Shown here in pieces: positions 1 to 13,304 of a stretch of 64,000 nt of DNA. The notes below the pieces were generated by a model that ran no database searches, was not told where the DNA came from, and worked only from the letters and a program-made list of their open reading frames with translations. The DNA lies in assembly GCA_024137785.1 (NCBI GenBank), contig JAHRHZ010000249.1, positions 49,128,746-49,192,745 on the forward strand, given 5' to 3'. The position numbers and the translations under genes are program-made. This stretch comes from Ginglymostoma cirratum. Its lineage: Eukaryota. How positions within the stretch are numbered: the stretch's first letter is position 1; every line of letters begins with the position of its first letter.

Positions 1-1479
1 CCTGTCTACAATGCAGGGAACTGATTTTCCCTCATCTACCATGTCTGGAGCAAATATTAGGAACCATGCAGGACAGTTCCAGACTAACAAGTTATGTTAG
101 CAAACCTTCTTACAGTGAAAAGGTTTATCATTCAAGACACTAACATGAAGGGCATTTCAACCCGAGGTCACTAAAGACAGTGGAAAGCCACAAGTTTGGA
201 GGGAGAAACCAGAAACAAAATGAAACAGTTGGTATTTTTATTCTAGCCCTGAAGAATATATTATTACATTGCAACTTTAGATTGTGCAGTTTTATATGTG
301 GGTTGAGGTAAAAAAAAAACAATTAAAGTTATTAATCATGCAAAATCTCACATTTTAGTTAACTATAGGATTGCCTTTCCTATGAAAATGACACCAAAAA
401 ACACTCAGTAATACTGTCTTCTGTGAGTGACTAGCACAACCTCTCTGCACACTTAGACTTCAAGTCTAAAATACAAAGATGTGGTCAGATAAGTACTGGT
501 GATATTTAGTCATCACTGTAATGGCAACCACGTGGCAGAAGTATGTTAGCATAGAAATGCTACATATTTTAATTTTTGAAAGAGATCCAAAAGAAGACCT
601 AAAGCTGAAAGGACAATTCCCGTCAGTGGCAGTGGAAAACACCACAAGGGAGGAGTTCACACTCTTGAAGTATTTGAGTGAATTGGAGCAAAGGTCATTG
701 TTTATATTACTAGCAATCACTCAAATGATTGAGCCTTTTGTACAAAGGCATTTTATACAGTTCTTCTATGCTGATGCAACTTTAGATTTTTCTGTTATGA
801 GTAAAAACATGTCTGAGAACAAACTCAGTAAGTACCACATTACTACACACTAAAATCACTAAAATATCCTTTGTTGAAGGCATAGGGACTGATGAACACT
901 TCCAGCATGATCTGTACTTATCCCTAAATATAAGTATGTTGATGCAGACTGCTGATCCAGTTCATGCAAAAGGCTTATATGAAAGACACTTCTATGAAAG
1001 CCCCAACAAATATGAAGTATTTCGACCCAAATCCCAGTAGATCACACAATATTTTTGTGTGAGCCTCAGCAAATTGCTTACCATTATCATATAAAACCCT
1101 AGAGCCTAGGGGATATTGCATAAACACCAGCATACTAAAGACAGACTTTTCAGCTGAAGAGAAGATTGTTGAATTACTACAGAAAGCCATCAATAAATTA
1201 GCTGAAAAACAAGCTGTCCTCAGTACGATTCCTCTTATCTAGTGTGTATGGACAGTTTCTCATCAAGGAGCAGAATAAACCACTTATCTGGTAAATGCTT
1301 TTAACTCCCTTTCTAATCAAATATCATTGTGTATATGTGATTGTGGCTCAGTACTTATCTGAATCCTTTCGTAATCAGTGAAATTGTCATTAAACTCGTG
1401 AGAGTATGGGATATGAAATGCTAAGTGTGACATGCTCATGATGATCAGGAGATGTTGAGTTGATTATTTTCAAAGCTGT

Positions 1480-1850
1480 CTGGACTTTTCCTCATGCTCT
1501 CGATGTGTTGTAGGGCCAAAAAATTCCTCTTTCTGCTCTGGGGCAGAAAATTCTAAAGGTTCAGCACCTTCTGAGTGAAGAGATTTCTTTTCATCCCAGT
1601 CCTTACTGACCTGAACCCTATTCTGAGACTGTGTCCCTGATCTCGAGAAATTCCCTCCCAAGCAGGAGAACATCTTTCCCACAATAACCATACGAATTCT
1701 TGTCAGAATTTTGTATGTTTAAACACAAGTGCATATTTTTGATCATTCCGAAGAACATAGGTCCAATCTGTTTAATCTTTCCTCAGAGGATAATCCGTCC
1801 ATCCCAAGAGTTAATTTGGTGTTTTTATAGTTTATTCCCTCTATGATATG
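1480..1850 (-). mobile_element. CR1 LINE 3' end fragment (decayed)
   Basis: Reverse complement resembles the CR1 ORF2 C-terminus (ERLNRLDL..., ..KILTRI..V.V.KMFS..G.SRSGT.S) seen in better-preserved copies in this window. Confidence 0.7.
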
Positions 1851-2019
1851 TATTTCAGAAAAATTGCCAGTTTTAATGCAATTCCCTCTCTCCCTATTCT
1901 CACCACTTGTTTGTAAGCAGATTGTAATTTAATTTTCCACTTAATTTTAACAGTCAGGGGATATTTCCCCCGATCCCCCGTTCACATTTTCTAACTTTGC
2001 AAGAACCACAGCAGCAGCT

Positions 2020-2440
2020 ATGAAGACAAGCTGGATAGGCTCAGGTTATTTCCTCCAAAGCAGAGTAAGCTGAGGGGGAACGTGATTGAGGTGTGGGCAT
2101 CGAGAGAGTGGATAGGAAGAAGCTATTCCTCTTAGCTGAAGGGTCAATAACAAGGGGATATAATTTAAGGTGAAGGGGAGGAGATTTGGGGGGGATTTGA
2201 GGTAAATGTTTTTCACCCAGAGGCTGATGGGAATCTGGAATGTACTGTATGAGAGGGTAGCAGAGATGGGAAACCTCACAACCTTTAAAACATACATGTA
2301 TGAGCACTTGAAATGTTGCAACATTCAAAACTATGGGCCAAGTGCTGGAAAGTAGGAATTGTGTAGATAAATCAGTGCAGGCTCATTAGACTGAAGGGCT
2401 TCTTCTGTGCTGTATGACCCTGTGAATCTATGACTCTGGA
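2020..2440 (+). mobile_element. CR1 LINE 3' end with tail
   Basis: Encodes RVDRKKLFLLAEGSITRGYNLR...FFTQRLMGIWN-like C-terminus; tail gaagggcttcttctgtgctgtatgac...ctatgactct. Confidence 0.8.
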
Positions 2441-2519
2441 ATACTGTGGTCACCTTAAACTTAACATAGGTTTAATTTTAAAGAGTCCCGGGCCCGGAGC
2501 ATCCTTTTCCCCTTTCTAT

Positions 2520-4900
2520 TAGCTGTTTATTAATCCATGCCAGTGCACTACTTCCCATCCCATGTGCTTTAATTTTCTAGCCAGCCTTTTATGGGACTTT
2601 ATCGAAAGCCTTCTGAAGTATACTATGACCACACTAATACTGTTACTACATCTCTCCCATATCATTACTGTTAGTGACAATGACAAGAAGAACTCTATCA
2701 AGTTCATCAAATACAATTTTCCATTTGCAAATCCATACTGACTTTTCCCAATCAAATTATTAACAACCAAGTGTCTATTTATCACATCGTTTATAACAGA
2801 TTCTACTACTTCTCCTACTACTGATATAAGGATAACAGGTCTGTAGTACACTGGTTTCTCTCTCAATCCCTTCTTAAATATTCGGGTGACATTTGGTGCC
2901 TACTAATCTGCAAGAATCATTACACAATCTATAGCGTTTTGAAAGAAAAGCACCAATGCATCAATTATCTCTATTATGAACTCCTTCAATACTCTTGGAC
3001 GAAGACAATCACTTCCTTAAAATTAACACCCTTGTTTTAAAATAAACAACCTCACTTTCCAACATAATGTTAATTCCTATCATATTGTGATCACTCTTCC
3101 TTAAAGATTCTTTTACAATAATGTAGTTAATCAGTCCTTTTTCATTGCATAATACTAAATCTAAAATAACATATCCTGTAGTTAGTTTATCAACACACTG
3201 CTCTTGAAAACCAAACCTGACATGTTTCAGAAAGGCACCCTCAACAGTTATAATGCTCAATGTTTTCACCCAGTCTATACACAGATTGATGGCAGCACAG
3301 TGACTTGGTGTTTTCGTCACTGCTGCCTCACAGCGCCAGGGACCCAGATTTGATTTTCCCCATCGGGTGGCTGTCTGCGTGGAGTTTGCACGTTCTCCCC
3401 ATGTCTGCGTGGGTTTCCTCCAGGTGCTCAGGTTTCCTCCCACAGTCCAAAGATGTCCAGGCTAGGTGGATTGGCCATGCTAAATCGTCCGTAGTGTTCA
3501 GGGATGTGTAGATTAGGTGTGTTATAGGAGGATGGGTCTGGGTGGGATGTTCTGAGGTTGGTGTGGACTTGTTGGGCCGAAGGGCCTGTTTCCACACTCT
3601 AGGGATTCTATGGATATCACCCATGCTACACACGTCTCTCATCTCCTGATTAATACCTTGCCCCACACTATCACTACTATTTGGTGGCCTGTAAATACTC
3701 CAAACAATATTTGCTGCACCTGCTGCTTCTTAGCTACACCCAAAATAGATTCCACATATTGTTCTTCTGTTCTGATCCTCCTCTACTAATATACTGATCT
3801 CATCCCTTAGAATTAGCATAACACCACCTCCTTTTCTTTTAGCCTGTACTTCTTAAAAGTTGAATATCCTTGAATATTCAGCTCCTCGTCCTGGACTCCA
3901 GGCAACCATTTTCTGTAATGGCAATTTGATCATACTCAGTATTTCTATTTCTACCTTTCGATCATCTACTTTGTTGTGAATGCTGTGCACCCAGGTAGGG
4001 AGCCATTAATTTTGTCTTTTTGCCATCATTCTGCTTTTGAAGCATATTCAATACTTGGCCTTGTAGCTCTTGTTCGAGTGTCCCTTGCATTGTTTCAACT
4101 TCCTATTACGAATTTTACTTCCTGCCAATTTAGGACACTTCTCAGATTCCCATCTCTGTGAAAAGCTAGTTTAAATGCAGCCCAACAGTACTTGCAAATC
4201 TCTCTACAAGGATATCATTTCCAATCCCACTAAGGTGCACTCTGTCCTGTTTATACAGGTCCACTTGTCCCAGACCAGTCCTAATTCATCAGAAATCTGA
4301 TGTTCTCCCTCCTACACCAGTTCTCCAAAAATTAATTTAAATAATCTATTCTCCTATTCTTATGTACACAAATGCATCCCACTGGAGGTAATGCTGAGAT
4401 TATTGCTTTCAATTACCTCCTTGATCTGTGCCTTCAAGCCCTCATCCCTATTCCAACCTTTGACATTGGTACCAATTTGGACAACAACTTCTGGATGATC
4501 TCCTTTCCCTAGAATGATGTCCTGCAGCCACTCTGTGACGTTCTTGGCCCCGGCATTCGCAAGGTAACACACCATCCTAGACTCACGGTTATTGTCACTA
4601 AATAAGGAATCCCCTATGACTTTTGCTCTTCCGTTCTTCTTCCCTCTTGCTTGTACAGCTGCGTCATCCATGGTGCCATGGGCTTGACTCTAGCTATGCT
4701 CTACTGAGGAATCATCATCCTCAGTCATTGCCAAAATGAAGAAACAATGAGCAAGTGCAATAGACTCAGGCAACTCTTGTGTTACCTGCCTGACTGTCTT
4801 AAACTATTTGGTAATCACCCATTCCCTCTCTGCCTGTATGCTTCTAACCTGTGGTGTTATCATCTCCGTATATGTGCTATCTATATAATCCTCTGCTTTG
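2520..4900 (-). mobile_element. CR1 LINE body (ORF1 esterase, APE and RT remnants), interrupted by an HE1 SINE
   Basis: ORF 4360-4671 VIGDSL...RESRMVCYL..AGAKNVTEWLQDII.GKGDHPEVVVQIGTN matches the SGNH esterase of CR1 ORF1; ILDLVLCNEKGLI...SDHNMI (APE end); YRPVILISVVG.VVES...SQYGFANGK.YL.NLIEFF (RT start). Confidence 0.85.
3291..3612 (+). mobile_element. HE1-type V-SINE (tRNA head, V domain, CR1-derived tail)
   Basis: ggcagcacagtg..cactgctgcctcacagcgccaggga head; tggagtttgcacgttctccccatgtctgcgtgggtttcctcc V domain; gggccgaagggcctgtttccacact..ggattctatg tail. Confidence 0.9.
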
Positions 4901-6914
4901 TGGATCATAACAAAGACTCCAGCTCTTACTAAAGTTCTGAAACCTCAATCAGTGACACTTCCTGCAGATATGTTTGTCTGGTACATGTGGTACGTCTGTG
5001 ACTTCACACACACCACAAGATTTACACTCTGCTTGGCCCTTTTGACCTGCCATCCTGTAACTCTAAAAACTATTTACTACTCTTAGAATAAGTAAGCTCT
5101 TTCTGAGAAAAAGGGAGAATATCATCCAAAAACTTAACTGCAAATTAAATGCCTAAGTTTCCCTTTAAAAATTGGAAAAACTGACTAAACTGATTCACCA
5201 ACTGATTCAGCTGCTTTCCATGCTGTTATGAATTCATGTCTCTATTGGTATCAGTACAGGTAAGCCTCTCAATTCATGTCTTATTTCTTCTCCCCCCATT
5301 ACCCGCCCACCACCACCCCCATCCCCCCCAACACCTGTCACTCTGGAGACTTTGTTCCTTTCAGAAAACTTTAGTGAAAGCACCTCTTTCCTCTTCTGCC
5401 CCGAATTTCTACATTGCCCCAAATTTTCAGTTACTCACTGCGTCTCATTCTTACTCTTATAAAGTTTCCCTCACTCTGACCTTCCTCTCTGTGCGATATT
5501 TGCCTGTATTAGTCAAGCAACTGAATACGAGAGCCTTTTCAATTGAGAGCAAAAGAAAGGCTGAGTAAAAACCTTGCAGCTCATACAATACAATCCAGAA
5601 TTGCTATAGGCTTTGACATGACTGTGTGAGGTAAATCAGTATCCATCATTCTAATGATTCAGGATATGTGAAACAAAATAGTTTTGCCATGTCCTTTCAA
5701 TGACCCCAATTCTCCTTTTCCGAAAGTTAATGCTTGAACACTGTTAAATGCCATTAACCTTAACCTACACATGATTTTAATGCCACATTAAAGTAAATAA
5801 TTAATCTTAACTGACTTAGAAGGATGACTGAATTAAATATGCAAAAAATAATGACAGTGAAATGCAGCCAGGACCATCTCACTATTGAAAGGGACGATAA
5901 TGAATTGTAGAACAGCAAAAAAGGAACTTAATACAGTATTCAGGGACATGGCATTGTTTGTCTGAGTGCTAACATTTGGATTGGGTTATGTAACTGTCTA
6001 GCAGTTTTAAACAGTAATATAATAGAAATACAAGAACGGGTTTTGACGTGATTCATTCCTTATATCCTGGTGTTCTGTGAAGAGAAAAAATGCATTTATT
6101 ATCCCTTTTCGAAAAAAGGTATGTTTGCCCTTCCTAAATTTCCTGAAGGTGTTGACTCCTGGTTGTATTTACCATTTATTGAATACCTGTCACCCTCTGC
6201 AATTTTTTCAAACAGCCCATAATTCTTGTATGAGACAGTGAGTATGCGATATCAGGCATTTTTCAGTGTAGTTGACAGTACAGCTAAGCACAAAAACAGA
6301 ATTCTGCACTGTTATTAATAATATTACAATTAAAATGACATAGGTTTGTCAAAACATCAGAACTGATTTGTCTGTGTTTTCTGTTTATTTTCATTATTTA
6401 CAACATTTACAGTGATTGTGGCTTTCAATAGATTTGTGCTGTGACTATCACAGTTACTGAGCTTGAGTCACATTATCTCTCACATGTGTCATAGATTTTT
6501 TACTTTTCTTTCCTTGTAAATGTAAAAACTACTTGGATGTTGAAAGCAAGCAGTCTCAGAAAGTAATTCTGAAGCTATATTTGGGTTAGCCAGTTATTAA
6601 ACTTACAAAAGTTCTTGTTTTACATACAATTGTAAAAATTAAACTGTAGGTGTTGTGAAAGCAGGCTTTTCTGGGCCAAACTGAGTGAACCAAAACCATA
6701 AATTTAGTACAGTAACGTATGTAATTCAGTGGGACTTCTGGCATTCTAGTAGGTAATATTCAGTAACTTCCAAAGACCTCTTAAAAAGAATATTTTTGAT
6801 GGCTCCAACTTGATTTTAATGACAGATTAGTTAAATGCCACAGTTTGAAGCTAACTCTGATTTCCTGTCATTTACCTATTCAAAATAATCCATTGCATTT
6901 TGAAGCGAAATACC

Positions 6915-7100
6915 ATTCTGACTTGGCATTCCTTTACTGTCAGAATCCTGGAATTCCCTCCTTAACAGCATAGCAGGCAAAACCTACATCCCATGGATGA
7001 TACTGATTTTTAAGGCAGTTCATCAAAACCATCTCAAGGGCAATTGTGAATGGGCAATAAATGCTGGCCTTGTCAGCACAGCCCACATCCATCAATTTCT
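6915..7100 (+). mobile_element. 3' tail of CR1/L2-group LINE (family 2)
   Basis: cagaatcctggaattccctcc...ctcaagggcaatt...gggcaataaatgctggcc tail, as in 20570-20740. Confidence 0.75.
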
Positions 7101-7410
7101 GCACATAGGAAAATGCCAGAAGTTGTGTCAGTTTTACCATCCGGCCAATCTGCTAATCACCCCTCCAACCTGATCCTCACCCCAGCACCACCCACGCCCC
7201 CGGCCCACTCCACAACTAAACCCCTTCTAAACACACCTCTGCTTTTGGATCCTATGATGTTAGACAGGAATAATAATCCCTCAACAAGATCTCTGAGGTT
7301 CAGCACTTCTTTCACAAGGGCACTTACGGATGAATACTAAATACTCGTCTTGCTAACAACACTCAAGTCCCAAGAACAAATTTAATAAAAGTAAACATCC
7401 CAATGACCTA

Positions 7411-7594
7411 GAGATAATAGGTACTGCAGAGCTGGAGAATCCGAGATAACAAGGTGTGGAGCTGGATGAACACAACAGGCCAAGCAGAATCAGAAATGCT
7501 TCTGATGAAGGGTCTAGGCCCGAAACGTCAAGCTTTCCTGCTCCTAAGATGCTGCTTGGCCTGCTGTGTTCATCCAGCTCCACACCTTGTTATC
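7411..7594. mobile_element. Fold-back Penelope-derived mini-element with hammerhead motif, 14-bp TSD
   Basis: Inverted arms gataacaaggtgtggagctggatgaacac... / ...gtgttcatccagctccacaccttgttatc; ATCCCAATGACCTA repeated at 7397-7410 and 7592-7605. Confidence 0.85.
7498..7533 (+). ncRNA. Minimal type I hammerhead ribozyme motif (intact core)
   Basis: gctt-CTGATGA-a-GGGTC ta GGCCC-GAAAC-GTC-aagc: core boxes, stem II, palindromic ACGT stem III, GUC triplet, gctt/aagc stem I. Confidence 0.8.
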
Positions 7595-7954
7595 CCAATG
7601 ACCTAATTTTGAAACATGAGTGTACACCCTTTTGGAGACTTATTTCTATCAAGTGATCAATAAAGCATCACAGCATAATACAAGTCAAAATATGTTTTGT
7701 GAAAAATTGAGTTTTTTTCTTGACAAGAAGCAAAAAATCTATCAACGATTCTGCTAAAAATGTGATTCTAAATGCTAGTCTGAGATTTACAACTTTGAAA
7801 AGATTAATCAGTGGTGATATACTTCAGAAAATAAATTCTTTAGTTTCAACACTTGATTAAACCAAATCCAATCTAACTTGGATATTGTTATCACCCAGGT
7901 TCAACAACTTCACCAGATGTTTTCTGAACTCACTCCATGGGCAAAAGCTAAATG

Positions 7955-8222
7955 GGACGGTGGCTCAGTGGTTAGCACTGCTACCTCATAGCACCAGGCA
8001 CCTAGGTTCTAACTCCAGACTTGGGTGACTGTCTGTGTAGAGTTTGCTCTGGTTTCCTCCCAGGGTCTAAAGATGTGCAGACGAGGTGGATTGGCCACGC
8101 TAATAGTGTTCAGGGATGTGTAGATTAGGTTATAAGGGGATGGGTCTGGGTGGAATGCTCTGAGGGTCGGTGCGGACTTATGGGGCCAAAGGGCCTTTTC
8201 CCTCACTGTAGAGATTCTGTGA
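7955..8222 (+). mobile_element. HE1-type V-SINE with internal deletion
   Basis: ggtggctcagtggttagcactgct A-box head, shortened V domain, CR1-type tail. Confidence 0.85.
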
Positions 8223-8694
8223 TCTTAAATTTTACCAGAACGATGATGATAATGCAAATTATATAGGTTTTATTCTATATTTGTTTTAGTGTCAGAAACA
8301 AATTTGTCAGGTATTTTTAGTGAGAAAATAAATAGCTTATTACAAGCAAAACTTACTTAAGCAAACATGCAAACATTATCGACCAAGAAAAGGTTTAGAT
8401 TGTGTATAGACATAAATTATGTTCTAACATGCAAAAATTAGCATGAGGCAAATATTAATGACAAGCAATCTATAGGTGAACAGCCTCCAGAAATCATCAA
8501 AAGGCAAACGTGATACAGACAGATTCAACTAATCTCTCAGAAATTCAGTCCAGACATAGTGACACTTTCAAGAAATCTTGTTAGGGATTCTAATTGTACC
8601 CTTTAACAAGCTGGCCTTGAAACTCTCTCAAAAGCTGCAGTGAAATCAGGTGCTTTAATGGTTATTCTTGTTCTGGTGGTTTGTCCTCCTTTGA

Positions 8695-9490
8695 ACAAAT
8701 GAACAAATGAAAAAGTACTGCACAGGAACAGGCCCTTCGGCCCTCCAATTCTGTGCTGACCATCATACCCTAATTAATCCAAAAACGAACCTGCCGTTTT
8801 TTTGATTCCTATTCCTCTATTCCCTCCCTATTTGTGTACCCATCTAGGTGGCTCTTAAATGTCTTCAATGTGCCCGCTTCCACCACCTCTTCTGGTAGTG
8901 CATTCCAGGCTGCCACCACTCTCTGCGTGAAAATCTTCCCTTGCACATCTCCCTTAAACTTTCCCCCTCTGACCTTGAACCTGTGCCCCCTTGTAATTGA
9001 AACTTCAACCTGGGAAATGGCCTCTGACTATCCACCCTATCTATGCCTCTCATAATTTTGTAGACCTCTATCAGGTTTCTTCTCAGCCGCCGTCTTTCCA
9101 GTGAAAACAATCCTAGTCTTTTTAACCTTTCCTCATAGTCAATGCCCTGGAGACCAGGCAACATCCTGGTGAATCTTCTCTGTTCTCTCTCCAAAGCTTC
9201 CCCATCCTTCTTGGTAGTGTGGTGACCAAAACTGCACACAATACTCCAAATGCAGCCTAACAAGGGTTTTATTTAGCTGCAACATGTTTTGCCAACTCTT
9301 GTACTCCACATCCCGGGTGATGAAGGCAAGCATGCCACATGTCTTCTCAATCGCCTTGGCTACTTGTGTTGCCACTTTCAGGGAACTGTGGACCTGCACA
9401 CCCAGATCCGTCTGAATGTTAGTGTTCACAAGGGTTCTGCCATTTACAATATAATTCACACCTAAATTTGATCCTCCAAAATGCACCCTG
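8695..9490 (-). mobile_element. CR1 LINE 3' portion
   Basis: KTLVRLHLEYCVQFWSPHY, ALEREQRRFTRMLPGL..IDYEERLKRLGLFSLERRRLR..LIEVYKIMRGIDRVD; ttcatttg-type tail near 8695-8710. Confidence 0.92.
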
Positions 9491-10059
9491 CCCCATTTGT
9501 CTGGAAAAATGCAAGGTGCAAGGCAGAACATCAGTTTTGATCTATTTGAGTTAGGGGCCCAGCACACTCCCACTGTACCAGTACTGCTTACTTGGACAGA
9601 TGCTCCCCCTAAATTCAGGATCCTGTACTCCAACACTTATTTGGAGATATAACTCTGGCTGATCACAAACAGAAGGTCTCACCAAGCTAATGCTGTCCTC
9701 TCATTTTCTCAAGATCTATACTTGCTCAATTGCACAAAGCAAATGTTGCTTATGTGAATCCTGCACCATTGTTCACAACTGCATTGAACTATTAATGGCA
9801 CATAGCTTCTTCTGGGCACTAATTCTAACACTTGGCTCCAGAGTTTTGACAGCATAAGAGCTATCCAACTAGTTGTGATTTCTCACTGAGTCTCCATTCT
9901 GTGTAGTTCAGGTTACCTTCTCAGAAGGACAGCTCAATAGGTGTTTTCTACTTGGGCCTGCCTCCATATTAACCTGTCATCTTCGCCAACTAACTGTGAC
10001 CCCAGAATTTATCGTCAGTGATCTCAGAACTATTCTGAGAAACCTACTGAGAATTTTCT

Positions 10060-10430
10060 TTTTGTATTCAGTCACGGGATGTGGCCATCCCTGACTAGAC
10101 CAGCATTTATTGCCCAACCCTAATTGTACAGAGGGCAGTTAAGATTCAACCACATTGCTGTGGAACTGGAATCAAATGTAGGCCAAATCAGGTAAAAATG
10201 GCAGTTTTCCCCCACTAAAGGACATTACTGAACTATGGGGGTCTTTTTTTCCCAACAATCAACAATGGTTTAATGTTCATCATTAGACTCTTAATTCCAG
10301 ATTGTTTTTCTATCATTGAACTCAAACTTCACTATCTTCCACAATGGGATTTGAACTCAAGTCCACAGAACATTACCCAGGTCTCTGGATTAATAGTCTA
10401 GCAATAATATCACTAGGCCAAATGACTCCC
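10060..10430 (-). mobile_element. tRNA-derived SINE sharing the family-2 LINE tail
   Basis: Reverse complement of the 58178-58520 element (tggcctagtgatattattgctagact head; gggcaataaatgctgg tail). Confidence 0.8.
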
Positions 10431-11439
10431 CTTCTTGCAATTTCAACATGTCTCACTCTTGTTCCTTGGCAGCATTGTGTATAACATATTTCAGAACAGT
10501 CAAAAGTAGCCACTGTCTGATCACTGAATGTTACATTTTTCACTGAGTGCTGACTCTGCCAACATAAATTACATACAAAATTAAAAGAATTAATCACAAT
10601 AGCCCTGAACAATTGGGCACAGACATTGTGAAGCACTGTTTAACCTGACCAGCACACAACTTCTGTGCTGACCATTCATCTCTGTGATTTCAATGTGTAG
10701 CCAGCACAAAATATGTTGTCGATTGCCTGTAAGCGTAGAAAGTAGTCCAAAATTGGTAATTACTAATGTTATTTAAGTGTGCTGGCAGTACTTAAACTCA
10801 CTTACTTGTTAAACGGAAGGTATAATATGGCTGAAACAGATGTTGGGTGTCCTGTGTGAGCTGCATCGGACACAGGAAAAGCAGAAAAAGAGTTGAAGGT
10901 GGCAAGCACAGGCAGAGTGCTCAACAGATTACCAGGATTGCTGAAACACCCCAGGTGGAGAGCTAATAGTTCCATGGACCACCAAAGATGACATCAGCTC
11001 TCCTACTTCTGCCAGTCATCAGCATCCTTGCAGTTGTCTGTCAACCAGCCACTCAAATTGCTGCTGCCTATGTCAAGACAGTGCAGTCCAAAGCCTGGAC
11101 TTCCAGATTGAAAACTGCTTGAGGGCATGCACCAGAATCATCTTTCACCGGTAATGCTAGAACCACTTACTTTTAACTAACCAGAGCTAATCAGAGCACT
11201 GGGACCAACAAAGGACTAAGAAATGTGAACAAAGAACAAAGAACAATACAGCACAGGAACAGGCCCTTTGGCTCTCCAAGCCTGCGCCGACACATTTTGC
11301 CCTTCCTCATCCTAAAAATAAAAATACTAGAATTTGGATAGTCATGGAGTATGCAAGGTGAATAGTTTAGGTTGATATGAAATATGACAGATTTATTTTG
11401 TAAGTTTGATTTTTGAAGGCTTTTCTGCCTCTTCTAACG

Positions 11440-12190
11440 TGGTTTAATGTGAGTTTTTTTTCAAATTTATTTGAGTTTTTTGAAGATGTAATTAGTCGGA
11501 ACCGTTAGATACAGCATACTCAGATTTCAAAAAGGCATTCGATAAGGTGCTGTATGAAGTTAATAGGCAAGGTGAAGGCTTATGGAGTTGGGGTAATATA
11601 TTAGCATGAGTAGAGGATTGGCTAACAGACAGGAAGCAAAGAGTAGATATTAATCTACTCAGAGATGATATTGCACACCTCTAGAGCAAGTGAGACTTGA
11701 ACCCAGGCCTACTGGTTACAGGTAGGGACACTACCACTGTGCCATTATATTAGCATGGCTAAAGGATTGATTAACAGTCAAGAAGCAAAGACTAAACATA
11801 AACAGAGTATCTCCAAATTAGCAGGGTACAACTAGTGGAGTACTGTAAAGATCAATGCTGGGACCTCAGCTATTTATAGTTTCTAGTAATAACTTAGATG
11901 CAGAGACAGGCATTATTGTACATAAGTATGTTGACAAAGCAAAGCCACATGGAAATATAAATTGTGAGTAGCACATAGAGAGGCTTCAAATATATATAGG
12001 CGGGTTAAGTGAGTGGGCAATAAGGTGTCAGGTGGAGTATTCACTTTGATCTTTAGAACGGAAAAGCAGAACGCCTTTTAAAAAGTGTGAAATTTCCTTC
12101 AGGCAGATTTGAGTGTGCTTGTACAAGGAACTGGTAAACTTAACATGTAAGCATTTCAAGCAACTGGGAAGACTAATATCACATTGACCT
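11440..12190 (+). mobile_element. Decayed CR1 RT fragment with a short tRNA-like insert (about 11655-11745, minus)
   Basis: DFKKAFDKV, GNILA.VEDWLTDRKQRV, SMLGPQLF motifs; insert gacttgaacccaggcct...agggacactaccactgtgcc. Confidence 0.75.
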
Positions 12191-13304
12191 TTGGTATAAG
12201 AGAATATTTTCCTTCGGATACTAATTGACATTATAATCTGCCTATCCTGCATTATTCTGGTCGATGTTCACTTTGCATGCTTTAATGTCAACTTCAAAAT
12301 GATAGTCCTGCACTTCATGCATTTTCCGAAACCATTTTATGACACTTTAAAGCTCTAAGGGAATTTAAACTTCCGAAAAAGCAGACACTATCAAGGCAAT
12401 TTTCCTGTCCTTTGACAAACACAAAACTATTAGGATACACCAATGGGGTGGCTTGTATGGATTCAACGTATGGTAACGGAGAAGTAGATCTGGGTGGTCG
12501 ATGAGGTTTTGTCAGTTCCTGTTCCTAAATATTGTCATAGCAACATCAGAAACTTGTAACTTAGAGATCTGTTTGACCTCTCTTGTGTATGCAGACTCTT
12601 TGGCAAAACAATCATAATGTAACTGGGGAAAGAATTTATCCTAAACATATTGTTTTCAAATGTATGTATGATGTTGCTATACAGAACAACCAGAGTAATT
12701 CTCCTGCTCCCCAATATATATCAAAATGTTGTGACAGTCTCCAGCTTCTAACAATATGGCTGTGGACAGAAGAATATCATTGCTTCACTTGTTTACACTC
12801 TATGTTGAGTTGAGCAATGATATTTCCCATTACTGATTGCAAATCAAATTATGAAATATTAGTGGGCCTCTCCCAAACCACAGCCACCACTGCAGTGATT
12901 CCCTTGCCAATGATCAGTGAGTCATACTGTGATTTCTGATCAACACCACATTTCTTCCCTTGTCTATGAATTTGTTTTGATGCAAGCTTCAATGAGGCAC
13001 AGGAATTATGTTTAATAGTGAGCTGAGCTTCTGTGTTTCATTTGAGTACCACTTGTTTGTGTTTGGAGCATGAAAAGAGTACCTGGTGACCCTTAAGTAT
13101 ACTTTACACATTTAGGCTTTGCATTACCATTATCATTATCAGAATGTGGTGGAATCGATTCATTTATCTAGGCACTTTGAGTTAACATATGAAGCAAGAC
13201 ATAAAAATCCTTGGATCAGAAGGCCAAATTAATAAAATTCACTTCAGAACGCAGGAGCTTCACTTAGAATCCCTTTTCCTCCAGCTGCGGCAATTTAAAA
13301 AATA

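Noticed and set aside
3291-3360. tRNA-like A/B box sequences here and at other SINE heads
   Set aside because: They continue into SINE bodies and do not form complete cloverleafs, so they are not tRNA genes
10806-10830. 25-nt minus-strand microexon candidate (tctgtttcag ... GTAAGT)
   Set aside because: Frame-shifting length and no supporting evidence; such site pairs occur by chance
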